Source of the DNA: an uncultured delta proteobacterium
GTDB taxonomy: Bacteria; Myxococcota_A; Polyangia; Polyangiales; Houyiibacteriaceae
DNA length: 64,000 bases
NCBI GenBank assembly: GCA_963845195.1
Contig: CAWJRH010000001.1
Location: 526,193 to 590,192 of the forward strand
Direction: 5' to 3'
Shown here one piece after another: positions 28,728 through 37,855 of the stretch. Position 1 is the first letter of the stretch. Each line of letters opens with the position of its first letter. The position numbers and the translations under genes are program-made. The notes beneath the pieces are model-generated. The model had not been told where the DNA came from. It searched no databases and saw nothing but the letters and a program-made list of their open reading frames with translations.

Positions 28728-29348
28728 ATGAGCGAACAGCCTGGCGAAGAGTCCGACCACGAGCAGATCGAGGAGCAAAGCGCGCCGGAAGTCGGAGGGG
28801 CAGAAGCTGAAGACCGACCTGCCGAAGAGAAGGTGCCGACGATCGAATCCGCCCAGGCCGAACGCGATCGTATGCGCGAGCAGCTTCTGCGGATAGCGGC
28901 CGATTTCGACAACTTTCGGAAGCGTTCACGCAAAGAGCTCGAGGAGGTTCGTCGACGTGCGATCGAAGACACCCTTCGGGAGGTGCTGCCCGTAATCGAC
29001 AATCTGGAGCGGGCCGCGGGCGCCGCCGAGGGTGCTGCAAACGCACAGGCTGTCGCAGACGGCGTGCACATGGTTCTTCGGGGGTTCGATGAAATCGCGA
29101 ACCGGTTGGGTCTCGAGCGCGTCAAAGCACTCGGCGAGATGTTCGACCCCACGCTGCACGATGCGATGCAGCAGCAAGAAACGAACGACCAACCGCCTGG
29201 AACCATCGTTACCGAAGTTGTGCCCGGCTACCGCCTCGGCGATAGGCTGCTGCGTCCCGCGATGGTCGTGGTCGCTCGACCGCCGACCGGTACAGCCGAT
29301 CAGGGTGCGGCGGGCGGCGACGAGAACGACGACCAACCAAGCGGATGA
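28728..29348 (+). CDS. grpE: nucleotide exchange factor GrpE
   Basis: ATG 28728 (MSEQPGEE...). Motifs RIAADFDNFRKR, LPVIDNLERA and DPTLHDAM. Confidence 0.93.
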   Translation: MSEQPGEESDHEQIEEQSAPEVGGAEAEDRPAEEKVPTIESAQAERDRMREQLLRIAADFDNFRKRSRKELEEVRRRAIEDTLREVLPVIDNLERAAGAAEGAANAQAVADGVHMVLRGFDEIANRLGLERVKALGEMFDPTLHDAMQQQETNDQPPGTIVTEVVPGYRLGDRLLRPAMVVVARPPTGTADQGAAGGDENDDQPSG

Positions 29349-29433
29349 CACTGCAAACGGTGTGTAAACCCGCGGTCGCCTGCCAAGAGATGCGACAATC
29401 CCCTCGCTCGGGTTATAAAGAACCTAGGGTTCA

Positions 29434-31281
29434 ATGGGGAAGATCATCGGGATCGATCTGGGAACGACCAATTCCTGCGTTGCGTTCGTGGACAACGGCG
29501 AGCCGCAGGTAATTCCGAACGCGGAAGGAAGTCGCACGACGCCTTCGGTGGTTTCGTTCTCCAAGGATGGCGAGCGGCGCGTGGGCAGCGTGGCCAAACG
29601 CCAAGGTGTGACCAATCCGGAGAGCACAGTCTTCGCGATCAAACGGTTGATGGGGCTCGGCTTCTCCTCCGACGAGGCGCAGAAGCATGCGCACTGGGCT
29701 CCGTATCGCGTCGTCGAGAGCGAGCGGGGAGACGCCTGGGTCTCGGTCGACGACCAGCACTTCTCCCCCCCTGAGATCTCCGCCATGGTGCTTCAGCAGA
29801 TGCGAGAAGTCGCAGAATCCTATCTTGGGGAGGACGTCAACGAAGCGATCGTGACGGTTCCGGCGTACTTCAACGATGCACAGCGATCGGCGACGATCGC
29901 GGCCGGGAAAATCGCCGGCCTCGACGTTCGGCGCATCATCAATGAGCCCACCGCTGCCGCGCTCGCGTACGGATTCGAGGAGAAAGAGGGCAAGCGCGTC
30001 GCGGTCTATGACTTGGGCGGCGGCACCTTCGATATCTCCATCCTCGAGATCGCGAGTGGCGTGTTCAGCGTCAAATCGACCGCGGGCGACACCCACCTCG
30101 GCGGTGAAGACCTCGACAACACCTTGGTTGAAGAACTCGTTCGGCGCTTCCACGACGACACCGGGATCGACCTGCGCGAAGACCGCGTGGCCCTCCAGCG
30201 GCTCAAGGAGCAGGCCGAAAAGGCGAAGCACGAGCTTTCTTCCTCGTTCGAAACCGAGATCAACCTCCCGTTCATCGCATCGGATGAATCAGGGCCCAAG
30301 CATCTCGAGACCAAGCTCAAACGCAGCGAGCTCGAGATTCTCGTCTCCGAACTGATCGACCGCACGCTCGGCCCCTGCCAGCAGGCACTCACCGACGCGG
30401 GAATCAAGAAGGAGGAGATCGACGAAATCCTCTTGGTAGGCGGCCAAACACGCATGCCGATGGTGCAGGCGAAGGTCGAAGAGTTCTTCGGAAAGCGCCC
30501 GTACAAGGGGGTCAATCCGGACGAAGTCGTCGCGATGGGCGCCGCCCTGCAAGGTGCCGCGCTGACGGGGGACGTCGAAGAGATGCTTCTGCTCGACGTG
30601 ACCCCGTTGAGCCTCGGCGTCGAAACCGGTGGTGGCGTGTTTTTCCGTCTGATTCCGCGCAATACGACGGTGCCTACCCGGGCGCGTGAGATCTTCACCA
30701 CCAGCGTCGACAACCAGACGTTCGTGCCAATTCACGTGCTCCAGGGAGAGCGCGAAATGGCCGACGACAACAAGTCACTGGCCAAGTTCGAGCTCGCGCC
30801 CATCCTGCCTGCGCCCCGAGGGGTTCCCGAGGTCGAAGTGACGTTCGACATCGACGCCGACGGTGTGGTCAACGTGCACGCCAAAGACCTCGGCACCGGG
30901 CGAGAACAGAACATTCGCGTCGTCGCCTCGAGCGGGCTCACCGAGGACGACATTCATCGCATCATCGAAGAAGCCGACGCGTACAAGACGACCGACCAAA
31001 AGCGTCGCGAGCTTGCTGAGCTTCGCAATGCCGCCGAGGCACTTCTTTACACAAGCGAGCGCGCCGTCGCCGAGTGCCGAGAGCTCGTGGCCGCCGAAGT
31101 GATTGACCAGGTAGAAGCCGACGTCGCCACGCTTCACCAGTGCGTCGACGAGGGTGATGCAATCGCGATCAAGGACGCGCTCGAGACCTTGGAGTTGAGC
31201 GCCTACAAGATCGCCGAAGCGATGTACGGGAGCGTCGATTTCGACGCGGCTGCCGACGGCAGCATGCCGCCCGACGCGTAA
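29434..31281 (+). CDS. dnaK: molecular chaperone DnaK (Hsp70)
   Basis: Motifs [24 protein letters not shown] and VGGQTRMP. Full-length Hsp70 architecture. Confidence 0.98.
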   Translation: MGKIIGIDLGTTNSCVAFVDNGEPQVIPNAEGSRTTPSVVSFSKDGERRVGSVAKRQGVTNPESTVFAIKRLMGLGFSSDEAQKHAHWAPYRVVESERGDAWVSVDDQHFSPPEISAMVLQQMREVAESYLGEDVNEAIVTVPAYFNDAQRSATIAAGKIAGLDVRRIINEPTAAALAYGFEEKEGKRVAVYDLGGGTFDISILEIASGVFSVKSTAGDTHLGGEDLDNTLVEELVRRFHDDTGIDLREDRVALQRLKEQAEKAKHELSSSFETEINLPFIASDESGPKHLETKLKRSELEILVSELIDRTLGPCQQALTDAGIKKEEIDEILLVGGQTRMPMVQAKVEEFFGKRPYKGVNPDEVVAMGAALQGAALTGDVEEMLLLDVTPLSLGVETGGGVFFRLIPRNTTVPTRAREIFTTSVDNQTFVPIHVLQGEREMADDNKSLAKFELAPILPAPRGVPEVEVTFDIDADGVVNVHAKDLGTGREQNIRVVASSGLTEDDIHRIIEEADAYKTTDQKRRELAELRNAAEALLYTSERAVAECRELVAAEVIDQVEADVATLHQCVDEGDAIAIKDALETLELSAYKIAEAMYGSVDFDAAADGSMPPDA

Positions 31282-31283
31282 AG

Positions 31284-32504
31284 ATGAGCCCAGTCACGGA
31301 TGCTCAATGGCTGTCCCGCATGCGGTGGGGCGCGTTTGCCATCCAGGCCGCTGCGATTTTCGTAGGCGACCGCGTGCTCGCGCTCGGGCTTCCCACTTCG
31401 GCCATGTGGGGACTGGTCGCCGTAGGGGTGGTTTCGAATCTCTGGCTCGCTCGGCGACCCGGAATGGCACCGGGTCTCTTCCTGGTGCTCGACGTCGCCC
31501 TACTGACGGGGCTGCTCTATCTATCCGGCGGTCCAACCAACCCGTTCAGCGTCATCTACGTAGTCTACATTGCGATGTCGGCGGTGATGCTCCCGCCCGC
31601 CTGGACCTGGGTCATCGCGGGGCTCTCGGTCCTCGCCTTCGGACTTCTCTTCGCGTTCGATTCTCCCTCTGCGGGACTTGGACACGCAGCGCACGGCGGC
31701 AATTTTCAGGCGCATCTCTACGGCATGTTCGTTGCGTTCGGGCTCGCTGCATCGCTGATCGCATACTTTGTCAGCCGGCTTTCGGAGGCGCTCCGAGAGC
31801 GAGAGCGGGCGCTCGCGGAAGCGCAGGAACGCAGTCATCGCTGGGGCCGGCTCGCTTCGATCGCGACTCTCGCCGCCGGGGCCGCCCATGAGATTGCCAC
31901 CCCGCTCGGGACGATTGCAGTGGCCGCCAAAGAGGTCCGAAGGCGCGCTTCGGGCCTGGCCGACGGAGAGCGGCTCGTCGAAGATGCCGACCTGATCCGC
32001 GCCGAAGTCGAGCGCTGTCGCGTCGTGCTCGATCGCATGTCGCTGACCGGCGGAGAACATGTGGGGGAGGCGGTTCGCGAGGTCGAAGTCGAGTCTCTCT
32101 TCGACGAGGTGCGGCGGCGACTTCCTGCGGACGACGCAGGCCGATGGCGTACCCGGTCGACCGTGTCCACCCTCGTGGCTCCCGTCGATGCGCTCTCACA
32201 AATGATCGAAAATCTGGCGCGCAACGGTTTCGACGCGTCGCCACAGGGCCAGGTCACACTCGAAGTCGATGCGGGCGACGAGCAGGTCGAGCTTCGATTC
32301 GTCGATCAGGGTACAGGGATGCCCGGCGAGGTCGTCGAGCGCGCCGCCGACCCGTTCTTCACCACCAAGGGTCGCGGCGACCGCATGGGTCTCGGGTTGT
32401 TCCTTGCCCGCACGCTCGTAGACTCCTTGGGCGGCCAGCTCGTCATCGAGTCCACCGCCGGCCACGGAACGACCGTGCGCGTCGTGCTCCCGCAGAACCG
32501 ATGA
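31284..32504 (+). CDS. regB: redox-type sensor histidine kinase, RegB/PrrB/ActS-like
   Basis: The N-terminal ~170 aa are multi-TM. H-box GAAHEIATPLGTI. Cys-containing segment AEVERCRVVLDRM resembles the RegB redox box. ATP-lid motifs DQGTGM and GLGLFLA. Starts 2 nt after the dnaK stop. Confidence 0.7.
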   Translation: MSPVTDAQWLSRMRWGAFAIQAAAIFVGDRVLALGLPTSAMWGLVAVGVVSNLWLARRPGMAPGLFLVLDVALLTGLLYLSGGPTNPFSVIYVVYIAMSAVMLPPAWTWVIAGLSVLAFGLLFAFDSPSAGLGHAAHGGNFQAHLYGMFVAFGLAASLIAYFVSRLSEALRERERALAEAQERSHRWGRLASIATLAAGAAHEIATPLGTIAVAAKEVRRRASGLADGERLVEDADLIRAEVERCRVVLDRMSLTGGEHVGEAVREVEVESLFDEVRRRLPADDAGRWRTRSTVSTLVAPVDALSQMIENLARNGFDASPQGQVTLEVDAGDEQVELRFVDQGTGMPGEVVERAADPFFTTKGRGDRMGLGLFLARTLVDSLGGQLVIESTAGHGTTVRVVLPQNR

Positions 32505-33082
32505 CCGACGAACCGGATTCTTCCCAGGCACCCCAGCCATCGATATTGCTCGTCGACGATGACGAGCGCCTCCGTTCGCGCATGGGGCGAGCCTTCGAGG
32601 ATCGGGGCTACGAGGTGCACCAGGCGCACGACTACGACAGCGCGGTCGCCATTGCGAACGCGGCGAGCACCGAATTCGCCGCTGTCGATCTGCGAATGCC
32701 GGGGCGGTCGGGCCTCGACGTCGTCAAGGAGCTCCACCGGATCGATCCGTCGACACGGATCGTCGTCTTGACCGGCTACGGCAGCATCGCCACTGCGCTC
32801 GAAGCGGTTCGCCTCGGGGCGACGCACTATCTGACCAAGCCCGCCGATGTCGACGAACTCATCGCTGCCTTCGATCGGGACGGCCCTCGCAGCGAAGCCG
32901 AGGGCGACGACCCGGCAGAATCGACGGCTGCTGAGACCCCGTCGCTTGCGAGGGTCGAGTGGGAGCACATCCAGCGCGTGTTGACCGATTGCGGCGGAAA
33001 TATCACCAAAGCAGCCGAAAAACTCGGAATTCACCGACGCTCGCTTCAGCGAAAGCTCGCGAAGTACCCCTCTCGCCGCTGA
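32501..33082 (+). CDS. regA: response regulator with Fis-type HTH, RegA/PrrA/ActR-like
   Basis: ATGA overlap with the kinase gene. REC domain (ILLVDDDERL, VDLRMPG). C-terminal NITKAAEKLGIHRRSLQRKLAKYPSRR closely resembles the RegA-family HTH. Confidence 0.75.
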   Translation: MTDEPDSSQAPQPSILLVDDDERLRSRMGRAFEDRGYEVHQAHDYDSAVAIANAASTEFAAVDLRMPGRSGLDVVKELHRIDPSTRIVVLTGYGSIATALEAVRLGATHYLTKPADVDELIAAFDRDGPRSEAEGDDPAESTAAETPSLARVEWEHIQRVLTDCGGNITKAAEKLGIHRRSLQRKLAKYPSRR

Positions 33083-33139
33083 CCGTCTGCGACGATTTGC
33101 CGCATACCCCGCATCCCGGACGGGATCTAGCCTCGGCCG

Positions 33140-34030
33140 GTGAAGAACTGGTGGATGATCTTCGCAGTGGGGGCGTTCTGCTGTTGGCCCGTTCGGGCTG
33201 AAGCCTGCGGAACCTGTTCGGTGGGCGATCCGACCCTCACCATCGTCGGGTTCGAGCAGCCCAAGAGCAATCGCATCCGAACGTCCGCAACGGTTCGACA
33301 CCGGAACGATAGCATCGGCGAAGAAGACATCGACCGGCTCCAGCTCGCCGAGCAGCGCCTCGAACTCGCGGGCGCCTACTCTCCCACCGACCGCTGGACG
33401 CTGTCGCTGATGATGCCGCTGGTCCGTCGATTCGTGACGGCCGTCAATCTTGCGGAAGCCGACATTTGGGCGCCCGGCGATCTCGACCTCCGGGTTCGCA
33501 CCGTGGTCTACCGCGATCGCAGCTTTTCTCCGCGGCACTTGGTCGCGACGATCGCCGGCCTCGAGTTTCCGACGAGCACGATCGAGCGGGATGCCAACGG
33601 AGTGCCGCTGCCGCTCGAGTTTCAGGCGGGCACCGGATCTTGGGATCCGATCGTCGGGGCATCGTACACGGTGTTCTCCGACCCATGGTCGGTCTACGTC
33701 TCGTCGGTTGCCGTGCTGACGACGCGCGGCACCGCCGACACGCGCGCACCGATGACGTTTCGCCAGACCGCGCTCGGCCAGTACCAGCCCTGGCATTTCC
33801 TTGCCTTCCAACTCGGCGTCGAGTTTCGCATCGATGGCCCGGGCTACATCGGAGACACGCGCGACCCCGACACCGGCGGATGGATCACCTACGGGTCGAT
33901 TGGGGCCGTCGCGATGCCGCACGACAAGGTTCTGCTCCACTTCACTGCAGCCATTCCGATGGTCCAGCGCCTGGATGGCTCTCACCGCGAAGGGATCGCG
34001 CTGCTCGGGGGGCTGATCTATGAGATCTAG
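33140..34030 (+). CDS. putative outer-membrane beta-barrel protein with N-terminal CxxC (MetA-pathway/transporter-like)
   Basis: Signal peptide MKNWWMIFAVGAFCCWPVRAEA followed by CGTCSVGD. Alternating-polarity strands and a QAGTGSWDP-type loop. The family call is tentative. Confidence 0.5.
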   Translation: MKNWWMIFAVGAFCCWPVRAEACGTCSVGDPTLTIVGFEQPKSNRIRTSATVRHRNDSIGEEDIDRLQLAEQRLELAGAYSPTDRWTLSLMMPLVRRFVTAVNLAEADIWAPGDLDLRVRTVVYRDRSFSPRHLVATIAGLEFPTSTIERDANGVPLPLEFQAGTGSWDPIVGASYTVFSDPWSVYVSSVAVLTTRGTADTRAPMTFRQTALGQYQPWHFLAFQLGVEFRIDGPGYIGDTRDPDTGGWITYGSIGAVAMPHDKVLLHFTAAIPMVQRLDGSHREGIALLGGLIYEI

Positions 34031-34574
34031 GCTCTTTTGGACGGCATTGATGGTCCTCGCTGGATGCAGTCGGGTGACCGACGGCATCGAGGTGGACGTC
34101 GCCTACCAGACCCCCGCGATGCCGCAGGCCGTGGTCACCTCGGAGAACTATCGCGTGTGGCTCGATGAGGCGCTGATCGTGCTTGGCCCCATCGAACTTG
34201 TGAAGTGCGACAGTTTTGCCCGGAACCTGTGGACTCTTTTCGCACCCGCCCGGGCCAAAGCCCACGAAATCGAGACCCCCACAAGCCTCGGAGCTCCCTT
34301 CGTGCTCGACCTCGTCGAGGGCGTCGGACCCGGACTCTTCGTCGGCACAATTCGGCCGCCTCCCGGGCGATATTGCGGAATCCGGGTGGTTGCCGCGCCG
34401 GCCGACGAAGACGCGATCGGACTCGGAAAGCGCGTTGCAATGCTCGAAAACAGCGTGTTCGTTGCCGGCGAGGTGGAGGACCCGACCACCGGCCGCCGCG
34501 AGCCACTCGTCGTCCCGGTGCAGGTCGCGCTGACTCGAGTGCTGGAGTTCGACGAGCCTTTGGTGTTTCGATAG
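34020..34574 (+). CDS. hypothetical lipoprotein (apparently frameshifted near its 3' end)
   Basis: Canonical lipoprotein signal MRSRLFWTALMVLAGC|S. The reading frame stops at 34572-34574, immediately after a TTT run, but coding-like sequence continues in the +1 frame (see the next feature). Confidence 0.6.
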   Translation: MRSRLFWTALMVLAGCSRVTDGIEVDVAYQTPAMPQAVVTSENYRVWLDEALIVLGPIELVKCDSFARNLWTLFAPARAKAHEIETPTSLGAPFVLDLVEGVGPGLFVGTIRPPPGRYCGIRVVAAPADEDAIGLGKRVAMLENSVFVAGEVEDPTTGRREPLVVPVQVALTRVLEFDEPLVFR

Positions 34575-34593
34575 CCCGCGCAGCGTTGGGCTT

Positions 34594-34755
34594 TTGGTCA
34601 CCATCGATGCCCTTAGCTGGTTCGATGGCATCGATTTTGCTGCACTCGCAGGCAGCACCACAGAACCCGTCGCCAAGGGCGACGCCACGGCCCTCGGCGT
34701 GAGGCTGATCGAGAACATCCGATCTTCGCTCACCGTCGCGAGCTTCTACGAGTAG
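34594..34755 (+). other. out-of-frame coding continuation of the 34020 lipoprotein gene
   Basis: The +1 frame reads ...LLVTIDALSWFDGIDFAALAGSTTEPVAKGDATALGVRLIENIRSSLTVASFYE*, with G/C-rich third positions. It ends 15 nt before the mbnP ATG. It has no start codon or SD of its own. Confidence 0.55.
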
Positions 34756-34770
34756 GAACAGGAGTACCGG

Positions 34771-35607
34771 ATGAAAAGCGCGATGATTGCGATGACGGTG
34801 GTGATGGCCGGAGGCGCCCTCGTAGGGTGTGGAAGCGACGACGAGGGCAATACGGAGCAATCCGTGTCGGTCACCTTCGCCGCGAAGGTAGGAGCGCAGG
34901 ACTTCGCCTGCGGCACGAGTTACGACAACCTCGGCACCGCGGGGACGACGCTGGAGCTCGTCGACTTTCGGTTCTACGTCGCTGACGTCGAGCTCCGAAA
35001 CGACGCGGGCGATTGGGTTGAGGTGGCGCTCGATGAGAACGACTTCCAGATTGGCAGCACGGCCCTCCTCGACTTCGAGGACGGCTGCGGCGAGTTTGGC
35101 AATCCCCGGCAGAACGACAGCGTGACCGGCACCGTTCCCTCGGGCACCTACGACGCGGTCCGGTTCAGCATGGGTGTTCCCGAGGATATCAATCACCTCA
35201 ATAACGCGACCCAGCCTCCCCCAATGAACCTCACCGACATGTTTTGGGCCTGGGAGACCGGTTACAAGTTCCTCCGGATCGACTCGGGCACGTTCGCCGG
35301 AGGAGGCTGGCGCATGCATCTGGGGAGCACCGCCTGCACCGGTGACCCCGTCAGCGGTGAAACCGTGACCTGCGGCAACTCGAACCGCGTCCAGGTCGAG
35401 CTCGAGGATTTCGACACGGCGACTAACGCCGTCGTTGCAGATGCGCGAGCCCTGGTAGCTGGCCAAGACCTCGACAACCTGGCCCCAATGCCCCCAGGCT
35501 GCATGTCAGGTCCAACCGATCCAGACTGTACAGCGATCTTCGCGAACCTCGGTCTGCCCTTCATGGATGAGCCAGGGAACGCCCAATCTTTCTTCTACGT
35601 AGAGTGA
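34771..35607 (+). CDS. mbnP: MbnP family copper-binding protein (metallo-mystery pair four-Cys partner), lipoprotein
   Basis: AGGAG SD. Lipobox GALVGC|GS. Four conserved Cys contexts (FACGTSY, EDGCGEF, GSTACTG, VTCGNS). Motifs WAWETGYKFLRID and MHLGST, and the C-terminal CMSGPTDPDC...FANLGL. Confidence 0.8.
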   Translation: MKSAMIAMTVVMAGGALVGCGSDDEGNTEQSVSVTFAAKVGAQDFACGTSYDNLGTAGTTLELVDFRFYVADVELRNDAGDWVEVALDENDFQIGSTALLDFEDGCGEFGNPRQNDSVTGTVPSGTYDAVRFSMGVPEDINHLNNATQPPPMNLTDMFWAWETGYKFLRIDSGTFAGGGWRMHLGSTACTGDPVSGETVTCGNSNRVQVELEDFDTATNAVVADARALVAGQDLDNLAPMPPGCMSGPTDPDCTAIFANLGLPFMDEPGNAQSFFYVE

Positions 35608-36779
35608 TACACACACGAACATCGTTGGGTTTGGCTCTGGCGCTCGCGCTCGCGTGGGCGGGCTGCAGCGGCGACGACGGGTCGGCTGCTCCAACGAACA
35701 ACTGGAGTTGGAATCTCCCCGAGACGGTTCCCGAGCCTCGCGTCCCCGAAGACAACCCGATGTCGATCGAGAAGGTCGAACTCGGCCGCTTTCTCTTCTA
35801 CGACACGCGGCTTTCGGGGAACCAGACCCAGAGCTGCGCGAGCTGCCACTTTCAGGAGCTTGCTTTCACCGACGGCGAAGCGGCATCTTTGGGGTCGACC
35901 GGGGAGTCCACCGTGCGGAGCTCGATGAGCCTTGCCAACGCGGGCTACCAGGCGTCGCTCACCTGGGCCAACGATGCCTTGGTTCGACTCGAGCAGCAGG
36001 CGTTGGTTCCCATGTTCGGCGAAAACCCGGTCGAACTCGGCATGTCGGGCCGCGAGACCGAGCTTCTGCAGCGAATGCGCGACGACGAACTCTACCCGGA
36101 GATGTTCGCCGAAGCCTTCCCGGAACAAGGCGATCCCATCAGCGTCGACAGCATGACCAAGGCGCTAGGAGCGTTTCAGCGGAGCATGGTCAGCTTCGGG
36201 TCTCGCGTAGACCGCTGGCAGTCTGGCGATCCGACCGCGCTCAACGAGTCGGAGCAGCGGGGGCTTGCGCTCTTCTTCGGCGGAACCAACGCCGCGGGCG
36301 TCGAAGATGCGTTCGAGTGCTTTCACTGCCACGGCGGGTTCTTGTTTTCGCAGTCGTCCGACGACGCCTTTCAGGTGTTCGACCAGAAGTTCTTCATGAA
36401 CAACGGGCTCTACAACCTGGACGACGACGGAAGCTATCCGCCGGAGGACGAGGGTTTGTTCGATCAGACGGGCGATCCTCGGGACAAGGGCAAGTTCAAG
36501 CCACCGAGTCTTCGCAACATTGCCGTCACCGCTCCGTACATGCACGACGGTTCGATCGAGACGCTCGACGAGGTGCTCGATCATTACGCTCGCGGCGGGA
36601 GGCTCACGGAATCCGGCCCGAACGCCGGGGACGGGTTCGACAACCCGAACAAGAGTTCGTTTCTAAACGGCTTCGACATCACCGAGCAGGAGCGCGAGGA
36701 CCTCAAGGCGTTTCTTCGTGCTTTGACGGACGAGGCCTTCCTCACGGACCCTGCGTTCAGCAACCCGTTCACCGACTAG
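35604..36779 (+). CDS. mbnH: MbnH family di-haem enzyme (MauG/cytochrome c peroxidase superfamily), lipoprotein
   Basis: GTGA overlap with mbnP. Lipobox LAWAGC|SG. Two haem motifs, CASCH and CFHCH. PSLRNIAVTAPYMHDGS is typical of the CCP/MauG family. Confidence 0.85.
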   Translation: MIHTRTSLGLALALALAWAGCSGDDGSAAPTNNWSWNLPETVPEPRVPEDNPMSIEKVELGRFLFYDTRLSGNQTQSCASCHFQELAFTDGEAASLGSTGESTVRSSMSLANAGYQASLTWANDALVRLEQQALVPMFGENPVELGMSGRETELLQRMRDDELYPEMFAEAFPEQGDPISVDSMTKALGAFQRSMVSFGSRVDRWQSGDPTALNESEQRGLALFFGGTNAAGVEDAFECFHCHGGFLFSQSSDDAFQVFDQKFFMNNGLYNLDDDGSYPPEDEGLFDQTGDPRDKGKFKPPSLRNIAVTAPYMHDGSIETLDEVLDHYARGGRLTESGPNAGDGFDNPNKSSFLNGFDITEQEREDLKAFLRALTDEAFLTDPAFSNPFTD

Positions 36780-36786
36780 ACCGAGT

Positions 36787-37848
36787 TCAGGGCGAACTTG
36801 GTCTATAGAGCAATCGAGGCTCGCGGTGGAGGTGCACCCCGAACCGCGACTCGACGCCTTCGGTGACTTCCGCAGCGAGAGCCAGCAGCTCTGCCGTCGT
36901 GCCGCCTCCATGGTGTACGAGCGCGAGCGCGTGTCGGCTCGAGATGCCCACCCGGCCGCGTCGCAGTCCCTTGGGGAACCCTGCCTGTTCCACCAGCCAG
37001 CCAGCCGCGAGTTTGACCGCGCCTGTAGGCATCGGATAGCGGGGCACCGAATCTGCGGTCCGCACGAGCCCTGCGGAGAGCGCGACCGCGGCTACGCGAT
37101 CGGCTTCCGACTCGGAAACGACTGGGTTCAAGAAGAAAGAGCCCGCGCTCCGGCGGTTCGGGTCGTCTGGGTCGAGCACCATCGATTTGTTTCGACGAAG
37201 CTCGAGGACCGCACGACGCAGTTCGCCGAGACCCGCCGCAGACGAAACATGGCGTTCGAGTTCGGCGTAGCGGACCGTGCCGGGTCCGTTCGGGCGCATC
37301 GCAAACGTCACTCTCGTGACCACGTACCGCTCGGGCTCCCGTTTGAACAGGCTGTCGCGATAGCCAAACTGACAGTCTTCGACGGTCAGCTCGGTCAGAG
37401 CGAGCGTCGCGCGATCGACTACCTGGACCGAGCGGATCACCTCGGAGACTTCCTGCCCATAGGCGCCGACGTTCTGAATCGGCGTTGCCCCGGTCGAGCC
37501 CGGAATCCCCGTCAGGCACTCGACTCCGGCCCAACCGCGAGAGACACACCCGTCGACGATCTGCTCCCAGGGAACCCCCGCCCCCGCTTCGACGTGGCCG
37601 TCGTCGCCGAACCGCAGCCGTGCGTCCCCGGTCCGAATCACCAGTCCATCGAACCCGGCGTCGGGGACGATGAGGTTCGACCCTCCGCCGAGGACGAAGG
37701 CGGCGAGGCCCTGAGCACGAGCCCAGTCGAGCGCGGCGACGAGCGATTCGGTACTCGGCGCTTCGACGAAGTGTCGAGCGGGCCCTCCGAGCTCGAGGGT
37801 CGTGAACGGAGCCAGGGGCACGTCGCGCCGTATGTCGAGCTCCGTCAT
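36787..37848 (-). CDS. murB: UDP-N-acetylmuramate dehydrogenase
   Basis: PLAPFTTLELGGPARHF, FVLGGGSNLIV, and the C-terminal MurB substrate domain. Confidence 0.93.
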   Translation of the reverse strand: MTELDIRRDVPLAPFTTLELGGPARHFVEAPSTESLVAALDWARAQGLAAFVLGGGSNLIVPDAGFDGLVIRTGDARLRFGDDGHVEAGAGVPWEQIVDGCVSRGWAGVECLTGIPGSTGATPIQNVGAYGQEVSEVIRSVQVVDRATLALTELTVEDCQFGYRDSLFKREPERYVVTRVTFAMRPNGPGTVRYAELERHVSSAAGLGELRRAVLELRRNKSMVLDPDDPNRRSAGSFFLNPVVSESEADRVAAVALSAGLVRTADSVPRYPMPTGAVKLAAGWLVEQAGFPKGLRRGRVGISSRHALALVHHGGGTTAELLALAAEVTEGVESRFGVHLHREPRLLYRPSSP

Positions 37849-37855
37849 GGCCCCG

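Noticed and set aside
27557-29433. CIRCE operator (TTAGCACTC-N9-GAGTGCTAA) upstream of hrcA or dnaK
   Set aside because: I searched both intergenic regions by eye and found no resembling inverted repeat. HrcA targets are presumably elsewhere, for example at groESL.
33790-33806. Sigma54-like TGGCAT-N4-TTGC motif
   Set aside because: The GG-to-GC spacing is one nt short of the functional -24/-12 spacing. The motif also lies inside the 33140 coding region.
32306-34087. 593-aa ORF on the minus strand
   Set aside because: It is antisense to regB (3' end), regA and the 33140 gene, all of which have real motifs. It has no motifs itself and an Arg/Pro/Gly-rich composition.
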